Assembly (NCBI GenBank): GCA_964595645.1
Contig: CAZQQT010000012.1
Location: 1-60,940, forward strand
Length of the DNA stretch: 60,940 nucleotides
Direction: 5' to 3'
Origin: an uncultured Thermococci archaeon
GTDB taxonomy: Archaea; Methanobacteriota_B; Thermococci; Methanofastidiosales; B48-G16
The translations under genes and the position numbers were made by a program. The notes below the pieces were generated by a model that did not search any database, had not been told where the DNA came from, and saw nothing but the letters and a program-made list of their open reading frames with translations. Shown piece after piece: positions 18,244-27,411 of the stretch. The first letter of the stretch is position 1. The number at the start of each line of letters is the position of its first letter.

Positions 18244-19223
18244 ATCTCAGTCCCCTCCTGTTTATGCCAACATTCAACATAATGCCCACTGTCAATCCAC
18301 TCTCCTTCTGGCTCTTTGTTCTCACAAATATCTGTCGCATACTTGCACCGGGGATGGAATCTGCAGCCGCTTGGAGGATAGATCAGGTTCGGAACAACTC
18401 CAGGAATAGTACCCAGTTCTTCTCTCTTTTCTGTGACAAGGGGAATAGACTCATGCAGGGCGATAGTATACGGATGGACAGGATGGTGGAAGATAGTATC
18501 CACATCTCCAAATTCCGCTAATTTTCCGGCATACATCACGCCGACGTTATCGGACATCTCTGCAATCACACCTAGATTGTGGGTAATGATCATCAACGTG
18601 GTTCCAAACTCCTGTTGTAAATCATTCATCTTCTCCAGAACCTGTGCCTGGACCGTCACATCTAAGTTTGTTGTGGATTCATCTGCAATGAGCATTTTTG
18701 GGTTACACGATAACGCCATGGCTATCATCACCCGCTGTTTCATTCCCCCACTAAACTGGTGAGGATAATCATTTATTCGTCCCTCAGGATCGGGAATGCC
18801 TACAAGATCCAGCATCTCAATTGCTTTTTTTCTCGCTTCTTTCTTTTTTAAGTTCTGATGAAGTTGGATTACCTCTCTTAATTGGTTGTCTACCGTATAC
18901 ACCGGGTTGAGAGCACTTTGCGGATCCTGGAATATCATAGAGATCTCATTTCCACGAATCTGTCTCATCTCTTCATCGCTTGCTTTGAGGAGATCCTCTC
19001 CATCAAACCAGATCTCTCCTGCAACAATCTTCGCTGGAGGGACGGGAAGTAACTGCAGAACAGACAGTGCCGTCACAGTTTTTCCACATCCGGACTCTCC
19101 AACAATGCCGATTGTCTTTCCCTTCTCTACTCCCAGATCGAGTCCCTCTATCGCCTTTACAACGCCATCTTCTGTGTAAAAATACGTCTTCAATCCCTTT
19201 ATCTCTAGTAGATTCTCAGCCAT
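18240..19223 (-). CDS. oppD: Oligopeptide ABC transporter ATPase
   Basis: GESGCGKT, YPHQFSGGMKQR, GCRFHPRC. Confidence 0.92.
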   Translation of the reverse strand: MAENLLEIKGLKTYFYTEDGVVKAIEGLDLGVEKGKTIGIVGESGCGKTVTALSVLQLLPVPPAKIVAGEIWFDGEDLLKASDEEMRQIRGNEISMIFQDPQSALNPVYTVDNQLREVIQLHQNLKKKEARKKAIEMLDLVGIPDPEGRINDYPHQFSGGMKQRVMIAMALSCNPKMLIADESTTNLDVTVQAQVLEKMNDLQQEFGTTLMIITHNLGVIAEMSDNVGVMYAGKLAEFGDVDTIFHHPVHPYTIALHESIPLVTEKREELGTIPGVVPNLIYPPSGCRFHPRCKYATDICENKEPEGEWIDSGHYVECWHKQEGTEI

Positions 19224-19229
19224 GAATAA

Positions 19230-20171
19230 TCACCTTTTAAGTCTCGGATCTAACGAGTCCCTCAGACCGTCGCCCAGCAGATTGAATCCCAGCACGGTGA
19301 TAAATATTGCAATACCTGGCAAGGTAGTGATCCACCATGCAGTTCTCATGACCGTTCTTCCCTCGGCACATATTCGTCCCCATGAGGGGATCACGGGGTT
19401 CCCAAAGCCGAGGAAGGCAACACCGGCTTCAGTAAGAATGGCACCAGCCATACCGAAGGTTGCTGCTACAATGATAGGAGCAATTGCATTTGGTATCATG
19501 TGCCTTGTGATAATACGGAAGTCAGAGGCTCCCAATCCTCGCGCAGCCTCAGTGAACTCCCTCTCTTTTAAAGAGAGAATCTCGCTTCTGATCAATCGCG
19601 CATAACCCGTCCAATTGACAAAGGCAATGGCCAATCCGATCATCGTGAGACCGCCTTCAGGATACATCTGCACCAGAATGATCACAATACAGATGAAGGG
19701 GAGTGCTAAAAACATATCGACTATTCTCATCATGAAAGTGTCCAGTTTTCCGCCGTAGTACGCAGAGATCGAACCGAAAATTGTGCCGAAGACGCCCCCG
19801 ACACCGACAGCAACGATCGCTACATACAGCGATCGCCGTGCACCGTGTAAAAGCCGTGAGTAGAGCCCTCTTCCCAGTGCATCTGTCCCAAGAGGATACT
19901 GGGAATTCTCCCCGGGAGCAAGATATGTCTGGAACAGGTTGGACTCCATTGGGTCATTGGGTGCGACTCTGGGCCCGATAATAGCAAGTACCACAACACC
20001 TATAAAGACTACCATTCCAAGGATTGCCGCTTTGTTCCTCACAAATCTCCTCAGTGTCGTCATTAGTACGCCGGCACTTCTCTCCGCCTCCATCGCCTGT
20101 CGTTCTAACTCCTTATCCATTCCTCGTTTCTTTTCCATTTCAATTTCAGAAAAATCAGCGCCTTCTACCAT
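19230..20171 (-). CDS. oppC: Oligopeptide ABC permease
   Basis: LGTDALGR, EAARGLGA, NLLGDGLRDSLDPR. Confidence 0.92.
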   Translation of the reverse strand: MVEGADFSEIEMEKKRGMDKELERQAMEAERSAGVLMTTLRRFVRNKAAILGMVVFIGVVVLAIIGPRVAPNDPMESNLFQTYLAPGENSQYPLGTDALGRGLYSRLLHGARRSLYVAIVAVGVGGVFGTIFGSISAYYGGKLDTFMMRIVDMFLALPFICIVIILVQMYPEGGLTMIGLAIAFVNWTGYARLIRSEILSLKEREFTEAARGLGASDFRIITRHMIPNAIAPIIVAATFGMAGAILTEAGVAFLGFGNPVIPSWGRICAEGRTVMRTAWWITTLPGIAIFITVLGFNLLGDGLRDSLDPRLKR

Positions 20172-20180
20172 ATGATCACC

Positions 20181-21164
20181 TTATAGTTTCACCCGTGGAT
20201 CGAGCCATTTATAGGATATATCCACTAATAAATTCGCCACCAAAATCAGTATGGCCAAGACGACGGTGACACCGATCACAGGGAAATAGTCCCTCCTCTG
20301 TATCGCACCGACAAAGTACTTTCCTATCCCAGGCCATGAAAACACCGTTTCGGTAATTGGAGCTCCCGCAAAGGAGTACGCAACTCTCAGTCCGAGCACT
20401 GTGATCACCGGAAGCATCGCGTTTCTCAGGGCGTGTTTGTATATCACGACACGCTCCTTCAGACCTTTTGAACGCGCAGTAGTAATATAATCCTCGCGTA
20501 ACACATCGAGCATTGAAGATCTCACCAATCGCGCGGTGTATGCCATGGAAGCAACCGCCAATGTTACAGTGGGGAGAGCCAAGTGCTTCAAATAATCGAA
20601 GTAGTAGCCTAAGGTGTGGGGAATATCCTTTCCTAAATACTGCGTAGAATGGGCACCACCACTCGGGAACCATCCAACTATCAGTGCAAAAATAAATATC
20701 AGCATCAATCCCAAGAAAAATATGGGAAATGACACACCGAGAAGTGCTCCCGTCATGACAAGGTTGTCGATTTTTGAGTACTGTTTGACCGCAGATATCA
20801 CTCCCGCAGGGATTGCAACCGCTACGGCAAGGAATATTGCAGAAACCTGGTAAGCTAGAGTATTGGGCAATCTCGCTGCTATCTCAGTAGCCACCGGCCT
20901 TCCAGACAGAAATGAGTCTCCAAGGTTCCCCTGGAAAAACTCTTTCAGCCAGTAAAAATACTGGATATACCATGGTTTATCCAAGCCGTATATTTCCTTT
21001 ATATGAATAATATGGCCTGGATCCACGTCTGGATTTAACGCCAGCATAAAATCCACAACATCGCCCGGTAGCATGTACATCAGTATGAACACGATAAAAG
21101 AAACTCCTACCACTAAGGGTAGCATTATTAACGCCCTTTTTATTATATAATTTCTCATTGACAT
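20181..21164 (-). CDS. oppB: Oligopeptide ABC permease
   Basis: GLDKP, TARSKGL, HALRNA, DPRV. Confidence 0.92.
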   Translation of the reverse strand: MSMRNYIIKRALIMLPLVVGVSFIVFILMYMLPGDVVDFMLALNPDVDPGHIIHIKEIYGLDKPWYIQYFYWLKEFFQGNLGDSFLSGRPVATEIAARLPNTLAYQVSAIFLAVAVAIPAGVISAVKQYSKIDNLVMTGALLGVSFPIFFLGLMLIFIFALIVGWFPSGGAHSTQYLGKDIPHTLGYYFDYLKHLALPTVTLAVASMAYTARLVRSSMLDVLREDYITTARSKGLKERVVIYKHALRNAMLPVITVLGLRVAYSFAGAPITETVFSWPGIGKYFVGAIQRRDYFPVIGVTVVLAILILVANLLVDISYKWLDPRVKL

Positions 21165-21215
21165 CCGATACACCTCTTTTGGGAAAATTAAAAAAAAGAA
21201 AAAAATTAAATTTTT

Positions 21216-23141
21216 TTATTCTCTTTTGACCACGTAGCCAATTCCGAGTCCTACTATCAGAGCGACTATACCGACAATGGCAAGGGTTGTGGTAGATGTG
21301 CCGCCGCCAGTCTCTACAGTCTCTCCTTCTTCGGTCACTACCTTCGTCTTCTCAAGTACGTAGTATCGGTATCCTGCTTTGTCCATGAGCTCTCGAGCCT
21401 TCTCGAGGCTGAACTCATCTGCTTGGATATTCGTGTTGTACGCCCATGACGGAACCGCAACTGGGACAGCACCCTTGGTACCGTATCCTCCCAGCAGGTT
21501 CTCGATGATACCCGCTCTGTCAATACAGTGGGATATCGCCTGTCGGACGTACTTGTTCGCCAAGTACGGGTTTCTGCAGTTGAAGTGCAGGTGCTGGTAA
21601 CCGAACTGCTCGGCAGTGGAGACTGTCAATCCTTCCGTTGCCTCAATATCTCCACCGATTTTCTGCAAGTTGTAGAATGTATCCATGATGTGTATCTCAC
21701 CCTTTTCAAGGGCAACTCTCGCCGCCTCGATCTCGGGTATCAATTTCAGCATGAATATGTCGCTGCCTGCTTCGCCGTAAAGATCTGCGCCCCAGTAGTC
21801 CTCGTTCTTTGTCAGCTTCCAGAACTGGTCAGCCTCCCATGAGTCGAACTTGAAGGGTCCAGTACCGATCACATTCTCTCCCTGATTTATATCGGAGTTC
21901 ATCCATGCAGTAGCAGCCTTCTCTCCACTTATCGGGAGATCACCGTAGACATCTTTGGGCAGTATTGAGACATCACAGTACCGCAGCCATGCAGCGTGCG
22001 GCATACCCACGTATACTCGTATCGTATAGTCGTCGATAATCTCGGATCCGCCGTAAACATCTCTGAACGTTCCATATCCTTGGAACGCTGTGTCTGCACT
22101 CTTACAGGCGTTGAAGGACCATTGGACATCCTCAGTGGTCAGTTCCTCACCATCGTGGAAGGTCACGCCCTCATGGATTGTAATGTCGAAGTATTTCGGG
22201 AAGACAACGGGGTCCGAAACCTTGCCGCATACTACAACTTCCTCCTGTTCAGGTTCGAGTGCTGCAATTTCCTCTGCGGAGAGATCTGCTGGCGCGAAGA
22301 CGACAGTTGGTCCTGCTTCTGCCTCCTTTCCGATTAAGGGCACGCGCTCGAGGCTCTCGTTGTTCTGCCACAGTCCCTCAAATATGTTGGCGTTGCAGTA
22401 GTAGCCGTACACGGAGTTCCATCGCCAGACGAGCATTCCTTCTGGAGCCGCAGGGGTACCGTACACAATTGTATCCTCTCCTGGAATACTCCATGGCGCT
22501 GCACTATAGTTCTGCTCCCAGAGTAGCGGGTCAAATCCCTCAAGGGTGTCTACATGTGCGAAGACATCGAGGGGGATATAGGACACAGCGTAGGGCTTTT
22601 CTTCAAACACAATTTCCTGCCATCGGAAGAGGTACTCCTTTCTCTTCTCCTGGTCGAGGGCAACGCGGGCCTTTTCCAACAGCTCATCAGACTCTGGGCA
22701 CCACCAGTGGGTGATGTTGTTACCCTGTGGGACCATATTGCTGGAATGGAATATACTGTACGGGTCCGGATCGACGCCAAGACCCCAGCCGAACGCAGAT
22801 ATATCGAATCCTCCATCATCAAAGGTCGTACCATAGTAATTGTTGAACTCTCTGTTTATCAGGTCCCCGAACTCGAGGAGTTTAAAGTCAGCATCGATAC
22901 CGATCTTTGGGAAGTTGAGGTTCGTTGCCTGCGTATACTGCTCTCGTACCTTGTTCCCTATTGGGGCGATTTGCGTTACATGGAAGAACGGTGGGTATTT
23001 CTCATAACTCTCTGTAATGGGCACCTTCTTCCACTCTTCTTCTTGTGCTACAGTCGTCGAATTTCCAAAAACGGATAGTGCCATCGATGCAACTAACACA
23101 ACAGATAGCACAACCGAAAATTTTTTCATCCATCTTTTCAT
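21216..23141 (-). CDS. oppA: Family 5 ABC substrate-binding protein, circularly permuted, with C-terminal TM anchor
   Basis: FHDGEELTTEDV, IGTGPFKF, VRQAISHCIDR; signal peptide; C-terminal TM + KRE. Confidence 0.88.
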   Translation of the reverse strand: MKRWMKKFSVVLSVVLVASMALSVFGNSTTVAQEEEWKKVPITESYEKYPPFFHVTQIAPIGNKVREQYTQATNLNFPKIGIDADFKLLEFGDLINREFNNYYGTTFDDGGFDISAFGWGLGVDPDPYSIFHSSNMVPQGNNITHWWCPESDELLEKARVALDQEKRKEYLFRWQEIVFEEKPYAVSYIPLDVFAHVDTLEGFDPLLWEQNYSAAPWSIPGEDTIVYGTPAAPEGMLVWRWNSVYGYYCNANIFEGLWQNNESLERVPLIGKEAEAGPTVVFAPADLSAEEIAALEPEQEEVVVCGKVSDPVVFPKYFDITIHEGVTFHDGEELTTEDVQWSFNACKSADTAFQGYGTFRDVYGGSEIIDDYTIRVYVGMPHAAWLRYCDVSILPKDVYGDLPISGEKAATAWMNSDINQGENVIGTGPFKFDSWEADQFWKLTKNEDYWGADLYGEAGSDIFMLKLIPEIEAARVALEKGEIHIMDTFYNLQKIGGDIEATEGLTVSTAEQFGYQHLHFNCRNPYLANKYVRQAISHCIDRAGIIENLLGGYGTKGAVPVAVPSWAYNTNIQADEFSLEKARELMDKAGYRYYVLEKTKVVTEEGETVETGGGTSTTTLAIVGIVALIVGLGIGYVVKRE

Positions 23142-23321
23142 TTTTTTGCCTCCTTTAGTTGGCCTGCCACTATTCCAAGCAGTATACACCGGAGGCGTAC
23201 AATAGCATCGTACTATTAATAATAGTCCTACACTACTATACCCATCAAGTATATACTACTGTATATAGTAGCATTATAAATCATTCGAGAAAGTCATTTA
23301 AATAGTTTTCGGTATTTTCTC

Positions 23322-23419
23322 TTGATAGAATAATACTGTATTGTAATGCAAGAATACACATAACGTGCATTTGATTAATAATATTGTATGGTAGTGCAAG
23401 AATACACATAACGTGCATT
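23322..23419. repeat. Two-copy ~48-bp tandem duplication with an identical 25-bp core
   Basis: tgcaagaatacacataacgtgcatt at 23347-23371 and 23395-23419; flanks aataatactgtattgtaa vs aataatattgtatggtag. Confidence 0.9.
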
Positions 23420-23443
23420 AGCTCCATATTTAGTTATCTATCG

Positions 23444-23632
23444 CTAGATAACAATCACTACCCCCAATCTTTGTAGAAGAAAGTACACGCATGCAAAAAA
23501 AACAAAAATAAGTCCTAAAATTATAAAAAGCTCGTATTTATCTTTTGATTTTCTGTAATCGTAAGAAAAAATCCCTATAAGCAGCCAATCACATACTATC
23601 GCCAACAATAAAAGCAAAACACGTTTTTCCAT
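23444..23632 (-). CDS. Small two-TM hypothetical protein
   Basis: 62-aa ORF, GAGG RBS, two hydrophobic segments. Confidence 0.55.
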   Translation of the reverse strand: MEKRVLLLLLAIVCDWLLIGIFSYDYRKSKDKYELFIILGLIFVFFACVYFLLQRLGVVIVI

Positions 23633-23782
23633 AGCAATCCTCTCTTTAAATTTCTGTGTAACCCTTTCCTCTTTTCTCTATAAAAATCTTTTGGAACTGT
23701 TCGTCTGTATGACGCTCGCTTATTTGTCAGCTTGCCAGTAAGGTTTATAAAGATATACGATTACCCTTCCTATGGTGATCCG

Positions 23783-24217
23783 ATGAGAAAATTACTGTCC
23801 GTTTTTCTCTGTAGTGTGTTACTCGGCTGTATTGTCGGTGTGAATCTCACGACAGCTGAAGATACAATAGAGACGTGGATACGATCCTACAATGATAGAG
23901 ATACCGAAGGAATATACATTACCTTATCGAAGGAATATGTCGAAAATAATGGAGGAGAGACAGTAGTAAAAGACAACATAGAAACAATGCTGGCCAACGC
24001 AACAAAGAAGGACGCTACATATGAACTGAAAAGCATTGGACAACTCGCACAACCCCCTACGGGTGAAAATGCAACACATGAGTTTTTTGATATATATCTC
24101 GCAAGGATCAATAAAAAGTATACGGAAGATGGAGAGAAAAAAAGCGAAGAAATTATCTTGAACTTTGAGATAAAAAAGGAGGATGAAAAATACAAGATTG
24201 TAGACTACTGGGACTAA
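23783..24217 (+). CDS. Secreted NTF2-like hypothetical protein
   Basis: Signal peptide; C-terminal KKEDEKYKI strand typical of NTF2-like folds; GGTGA RBS. Confidence 0.55.
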   Translation: MRKLLSVFLCSVLLGCIVGVNLTTAEDTIETWIRSYNDRDTEGIYITLSKEYVENNGGETVVKDNIETMLANATKKDATYELKSIGQLAQPPTGENATHEFFDIYLARINKKYTEDGEKKSEEIILNFEIKKEDEKYKIVDYWD

Positions 24218-24342
24218 AATTTTCAAAATTCTGTAATATCTTATTCTTTTTTCTCCATTGAGTAGTTACAAGAACATAAGAGTTTATAAGGAAATATCAA
24301 AAAGAAGGATGGAGTATGGTAATCCCCTCTAGGTGAGAAGGA

Positions 24343-25017
24343 ATGAATGTAACGTTAGTGACTCATACAGAGAATCCCGATAAGGTATGTGCCATGGCGG
24401 CATACGTCTCTGCGTCGAGCGACCCTCTAAGCGAGTTTTCTCGTGCGTGGACGGAGGAAGATACAAAAAAATGGATAAAGATTGTGGTTGATCGGGGACA
24501 CACAAGTGTGTTAGAACACGCGAGTTTTACCTTCAGTCTCGAAGGTGTCACCCGCACCTGCACCCACCAGCTGGTAAGACATAGGATCGCTTCGTATACG
24601 CAGCAAAGCTTACGGCGGGTTGAACCGGCAAAGAAGAACTTCACGTTTCCGAAAACAGTAGAAAACAACGTTCATTGTGATACGGTTGATGATCTCCTTG
24701 ATAAAATCTACACTACCTACAACGATCTCATTGATGCCGGTGTCCCCGCAGAAGATGCACGATTTATCCTCCCTATGGGAACCACAACAAACTTACTTGT
24801 GACAATGAACTGTCGGGAGCTTCACGATGTGTTTTTCCCGCTTCGATGCTGTACAAAGGCCCAGTGGGAGATCAGAGACATCGCATGGGAAATGTTGGAA
24901 ATCTGTAAAGAGAAGGCACCAATTATTTTTGAGGATGTCGGCCCTCGATGTAAAAAGCGTGGCTACTGTCCTGAAGGCGATCCGTGTGAGGAGTTTAAAG
25001 AATATGTCAAAAGATAG
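24343..25017 (+). CDS. thyX: FAD-dependent thymidylate synthase
   Basis: GHTSVLEH, RHRIASYTQQSLR, AEDARFILP, AQWEIR. Confidence 0.95.
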   Translation: MNVTLVTHTENPDKVCAMAAYVSASSDPLSEFSRAWTEEDTKKWIKIVVDRGHTSVLEHASFTFSLEGVTRTCTHQLVRHRIASYTQQSLRRVEPAKKNFTFPKTVENNVHCDTVDDLLDKIYTTYNDLIDAGVPAEDARFILPMGTTTNLLVTMNCRELHDVFFPLRCCTKAQWEIRDIAWEMLEICKEKAPIIFEDVGPRCKKRGYCPEGDPCEEFKEYVKR

Positions 25018-25825
25018 TACCATCATAGACGGAAAAAAGATTGCACGGACGATTGAGGAGGGAGTGAGAAGTGAAGTAGCACTGTTAAAGGAAAAGAAGA
25101 TCGTGCCCACCCTCGCAACGATTCTCGTGGGGGAGAATCAATCCTCAGAGATATACTCCCAATTGATCCAGAAGGTATGCGATCGTGTAGGGATCCATGT
25201 GGAGTGTTCTACACTGCCCGCATCTACTCCTGAGGAGGATCTTCTCGATCGCATTCGCTCCCTTAATTATAGTAATACCACTCATGGGATACTCGTCCAT
25301 CGGCCTTTGCCCAATCATATCCGTGAAGAAACTATCATGGAGGCAGTTTCTCCTGAGAAAGATGTGGATGGACTCCACCCACTGCACCTCGGAAGGACGG
25401 CTTCGGGAGTAGAAGACATCGTCCCCTGTGCACCTCAGGCCGTGATCACCGTACTGCAACACTACCATGTGGAGATCCGCGGCAAAAACGCGGTAGTGGT
25501 GGGTCATAGTAGTGGTGTAGGAAAACCCATGGCACTGCTCCTCCTCAATAGAAATGCTACCGTGAACGTGTGCCATATCTATACGGAAAATCTGGAGAAT
25601 CACACAAAGGACGCAGATATTGTAATCACTGCTGCAGGGGTGAAGAATCTCATTAAGGAAAATATGATCAAAGAAGGGGCTGTTGTCCTTGATATTGGAG
25701 GAGATATTGCATTTGATTCTGTAAAAAAGAAAACATCGCTCATTACTCCCCCTACAGGAGGTATCGGTCCCATCACCGTGGCACTCCTGATGGACCACGT
25801 TGTCAGGCTCTCTCAGAGGACATAA
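25004..25825 (+). CDS. folD: FolD-family methylenetetrahydrofolate dehydrogenase (divergent)
   Basis: IIDGKKIA, KDVDG, VGKP, GGIGPIT. Confidence 0.85.
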   Translation: MSKDSTIIDGKKIARTIEEGVRSEVALLKEKKIVPTLATILVGENQSSEIYSQLIQKVCDRVGIHVECSTLPASTPEEDLLDRIRSLNYSNTTHGILVHRPLPNHIREETIMEAVSPEKDVDGLHPLHLGRTASGVEDIVPCAPQAVITVLQHYHVEIRGKNAVVVGHSSGVGKPMALLLLNRNATVNVCHIYTENLENHTKDADIVITAAGVKNLIKENMIKEGAVVLDIGGDIAFDSVKKKTSLITPPTGGIGPITVALLMDHVVRLSQRT

Positions 25826-25904
25826 CCCTTCATTGCTCCTACTACAGCGTGTATCTCCACCGGAAATGAAGGGGTGTAAAACAGGCACGGCGTGATTTGA
25901 CGCG

Positions 25905-26594
25905 TTACGCGCCCTTGCCCCATGCAAGCCATATGAACACAAGAGGAGAATCACTCTCTGTCCACACGGTGTGTTCCGTATCGGGAGGGATGTAGTACGA
26001 TTCGTTAGCCTTCACTGGTATCTCTTTTCCTCCTATATTCGCTGTACCTTCTCCTTCTATAAAAATAAAGGCTTGAGGAAAGGGATTCGTTTCTCCCGGT
26101 TCATTCAACATTTCTCCCTTCTTTACCTTGTACCATGCGCTCCTTAATCCTGGATGGTAGTAGAGAGCTACCACATGTCCACCATGCACAACACGTGAAT
26201 GTTCTTCTCCTAGATGTATTTTCTCTGGATCTGTTCTATTGAAAAAATGCTGAATAAAGAAGAGTACATCGCTCATATACTCCGGATTAAAATCTATTCC
26301 TTCGGGCAGTTTCCAGTCCAAAGGTGCGGTATCTGATACCATTGCTTTCCCCGCTGCGGTGAGAGCAGTGATCTCACCGTCATAGATCTGCTGTAATGTG
26401 GTAGAGGATGTCTTTAATCGAAATGCTGACTCCCCTCCTTGCCCTTCTTTCACCGTCACCTCTCCATTCTCTACCTTCACGTGCCACACCTTCTCCGTGT
26501 CTGTGATCTCACATTCTACGAGAATGCTAAATTCCTTCTCCATCTTGTTCTGAAAGGTATGCGCCATCTCTTGAAATATTTCATATGTATCCAT
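25905..26594 (-). CDS. SCP2 sterol-carrier-like domain fused to a cupin domain
   Basis: N-terminal W.V.V.NG.V.V.EG...IYDGEITALTA; C-terminal EGEG..IGG...YIPP..EHTV. Confidence 0.7.
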   Translation of the reverse strand: MDTYEIFQEMAHTFQNKMEKEFSILVECEITDTEKVWHVKVENGEVTVKEGQGGESAFRLKTSSTTLQQIYDGEITALTAAGKAMVSDTAPLDWKLPEGIDFNPEYMSDVLFFIQHFFNRTDPEKIHLGEEHSRVVHGGHVVALYYHPGLRSAWYKVKKGEMLNEPGETNPFPQAFIFIEGEGTANIGGKEIPVKANESYYIPPDTEHTVWTESDSPLVFIWLAWGKGA

Positions 26595-26619
26595 ATTCTT
26601 TCCCCTCAACAATACTTAT

Positions 26620-27381
26620 TTAACCTTCTACCTCCTTCTCTATCCTTTCTGAGATATCGTATCCCTGCACCTCTTTTCCATTCGAGTAAACTCTCTTATT
26701 CCGTATCCCTATTTCTTCATTCTCAAAGGCCTGCACCGTATAGTGAATAAGCGGGAACTCCCGTTTCAGCTCCTTTTCTCGTATTTTATCAAAAAGGGGG
26801 TGCCCCTCTTTCTTGATCTCTTCAAACGATCTTTTTTGAAGCTGGACCTCAAAATCCTTCTGCAACTCAGGGAACTGTATGGGAAACGTGCAATACGTCA
26901 CCACAGGCCCTCTATCTAATTGTTCGGTCACCAGATGCATCATGGCCCCTGTCTCTTCTGCTCCCTCCTTTATCAGCTGCCATATCACCTCCTGCCATGT
27001 CCCCTTGGGACCGTCGGGTAGAGCAGGGTGAAGGTTGATCATATTGAGGTTCTCGCAGGCGAGAGGACTTAAAATGAGCATGTATCCCGCAAGTACAACA
27101 AGATCAGCATCGGGAATACGGTTCAGCATTTCTTTGTCGTATTTTTGTCTCCATTTTTCTCTATTCTTTTTCCATAGCGTCGGAAGGAACTTCTTTGAAG
27201 AAAAACAGATGAGATCGATTTCCTGCGATTCGATAAACTCCATGAACTCATCGGATTTCGTGGACTCATTCCTCTCTCTGTTACAAAAGACAAAGGAGAT
27301 CTCCGTCCCTTTGTTCAGAACGTACTCTAGTAAATCGATAGCTGCTTGATCCCTCCCCGTAGAAAACCATCCGATTTTCAT
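26620..27381 (-). CDS. purN: Phosphoribosylglycinamide formyltransferase-like (PurN family) formyltransferase
   Basis: LAGYMLIL, NLHPALP, GAMMHLV..LDRGP. Confidence 0.75.
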   Translation of the reverse strand: MKIGWFSTGRDQAAIDLLEYVLNKGTEISFVFCNRERNESTKSDEFMEFIESQEIDLICFSSKKFLPTLWKKNREKWRQKYDKEMLNRIPDADLVVLAGYMLILSPLACENLNMINLHPALPDGPKGTWQEVIWQLIKEGAEETGAMMHLVTEQLDRGPVVTYCTFPIQFPELQKDFEVQLQKRSFEEIKKEGHPLFDKIREKELKREFPLIHYTVQAFENEEIGIRNKRVYSNGKEVQGYDISERIEKEVEG

Positions 27382-27411
27382 AGTGGTGATAAAAAGACTA
27401 CGTATAAATAG

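Noticed and set aside
23347-23419. Direct repeats as a mini-CRISPR
   Set aside because: Only two copies, the 'spacer' is itself part of the duplication, and no cas genes are present
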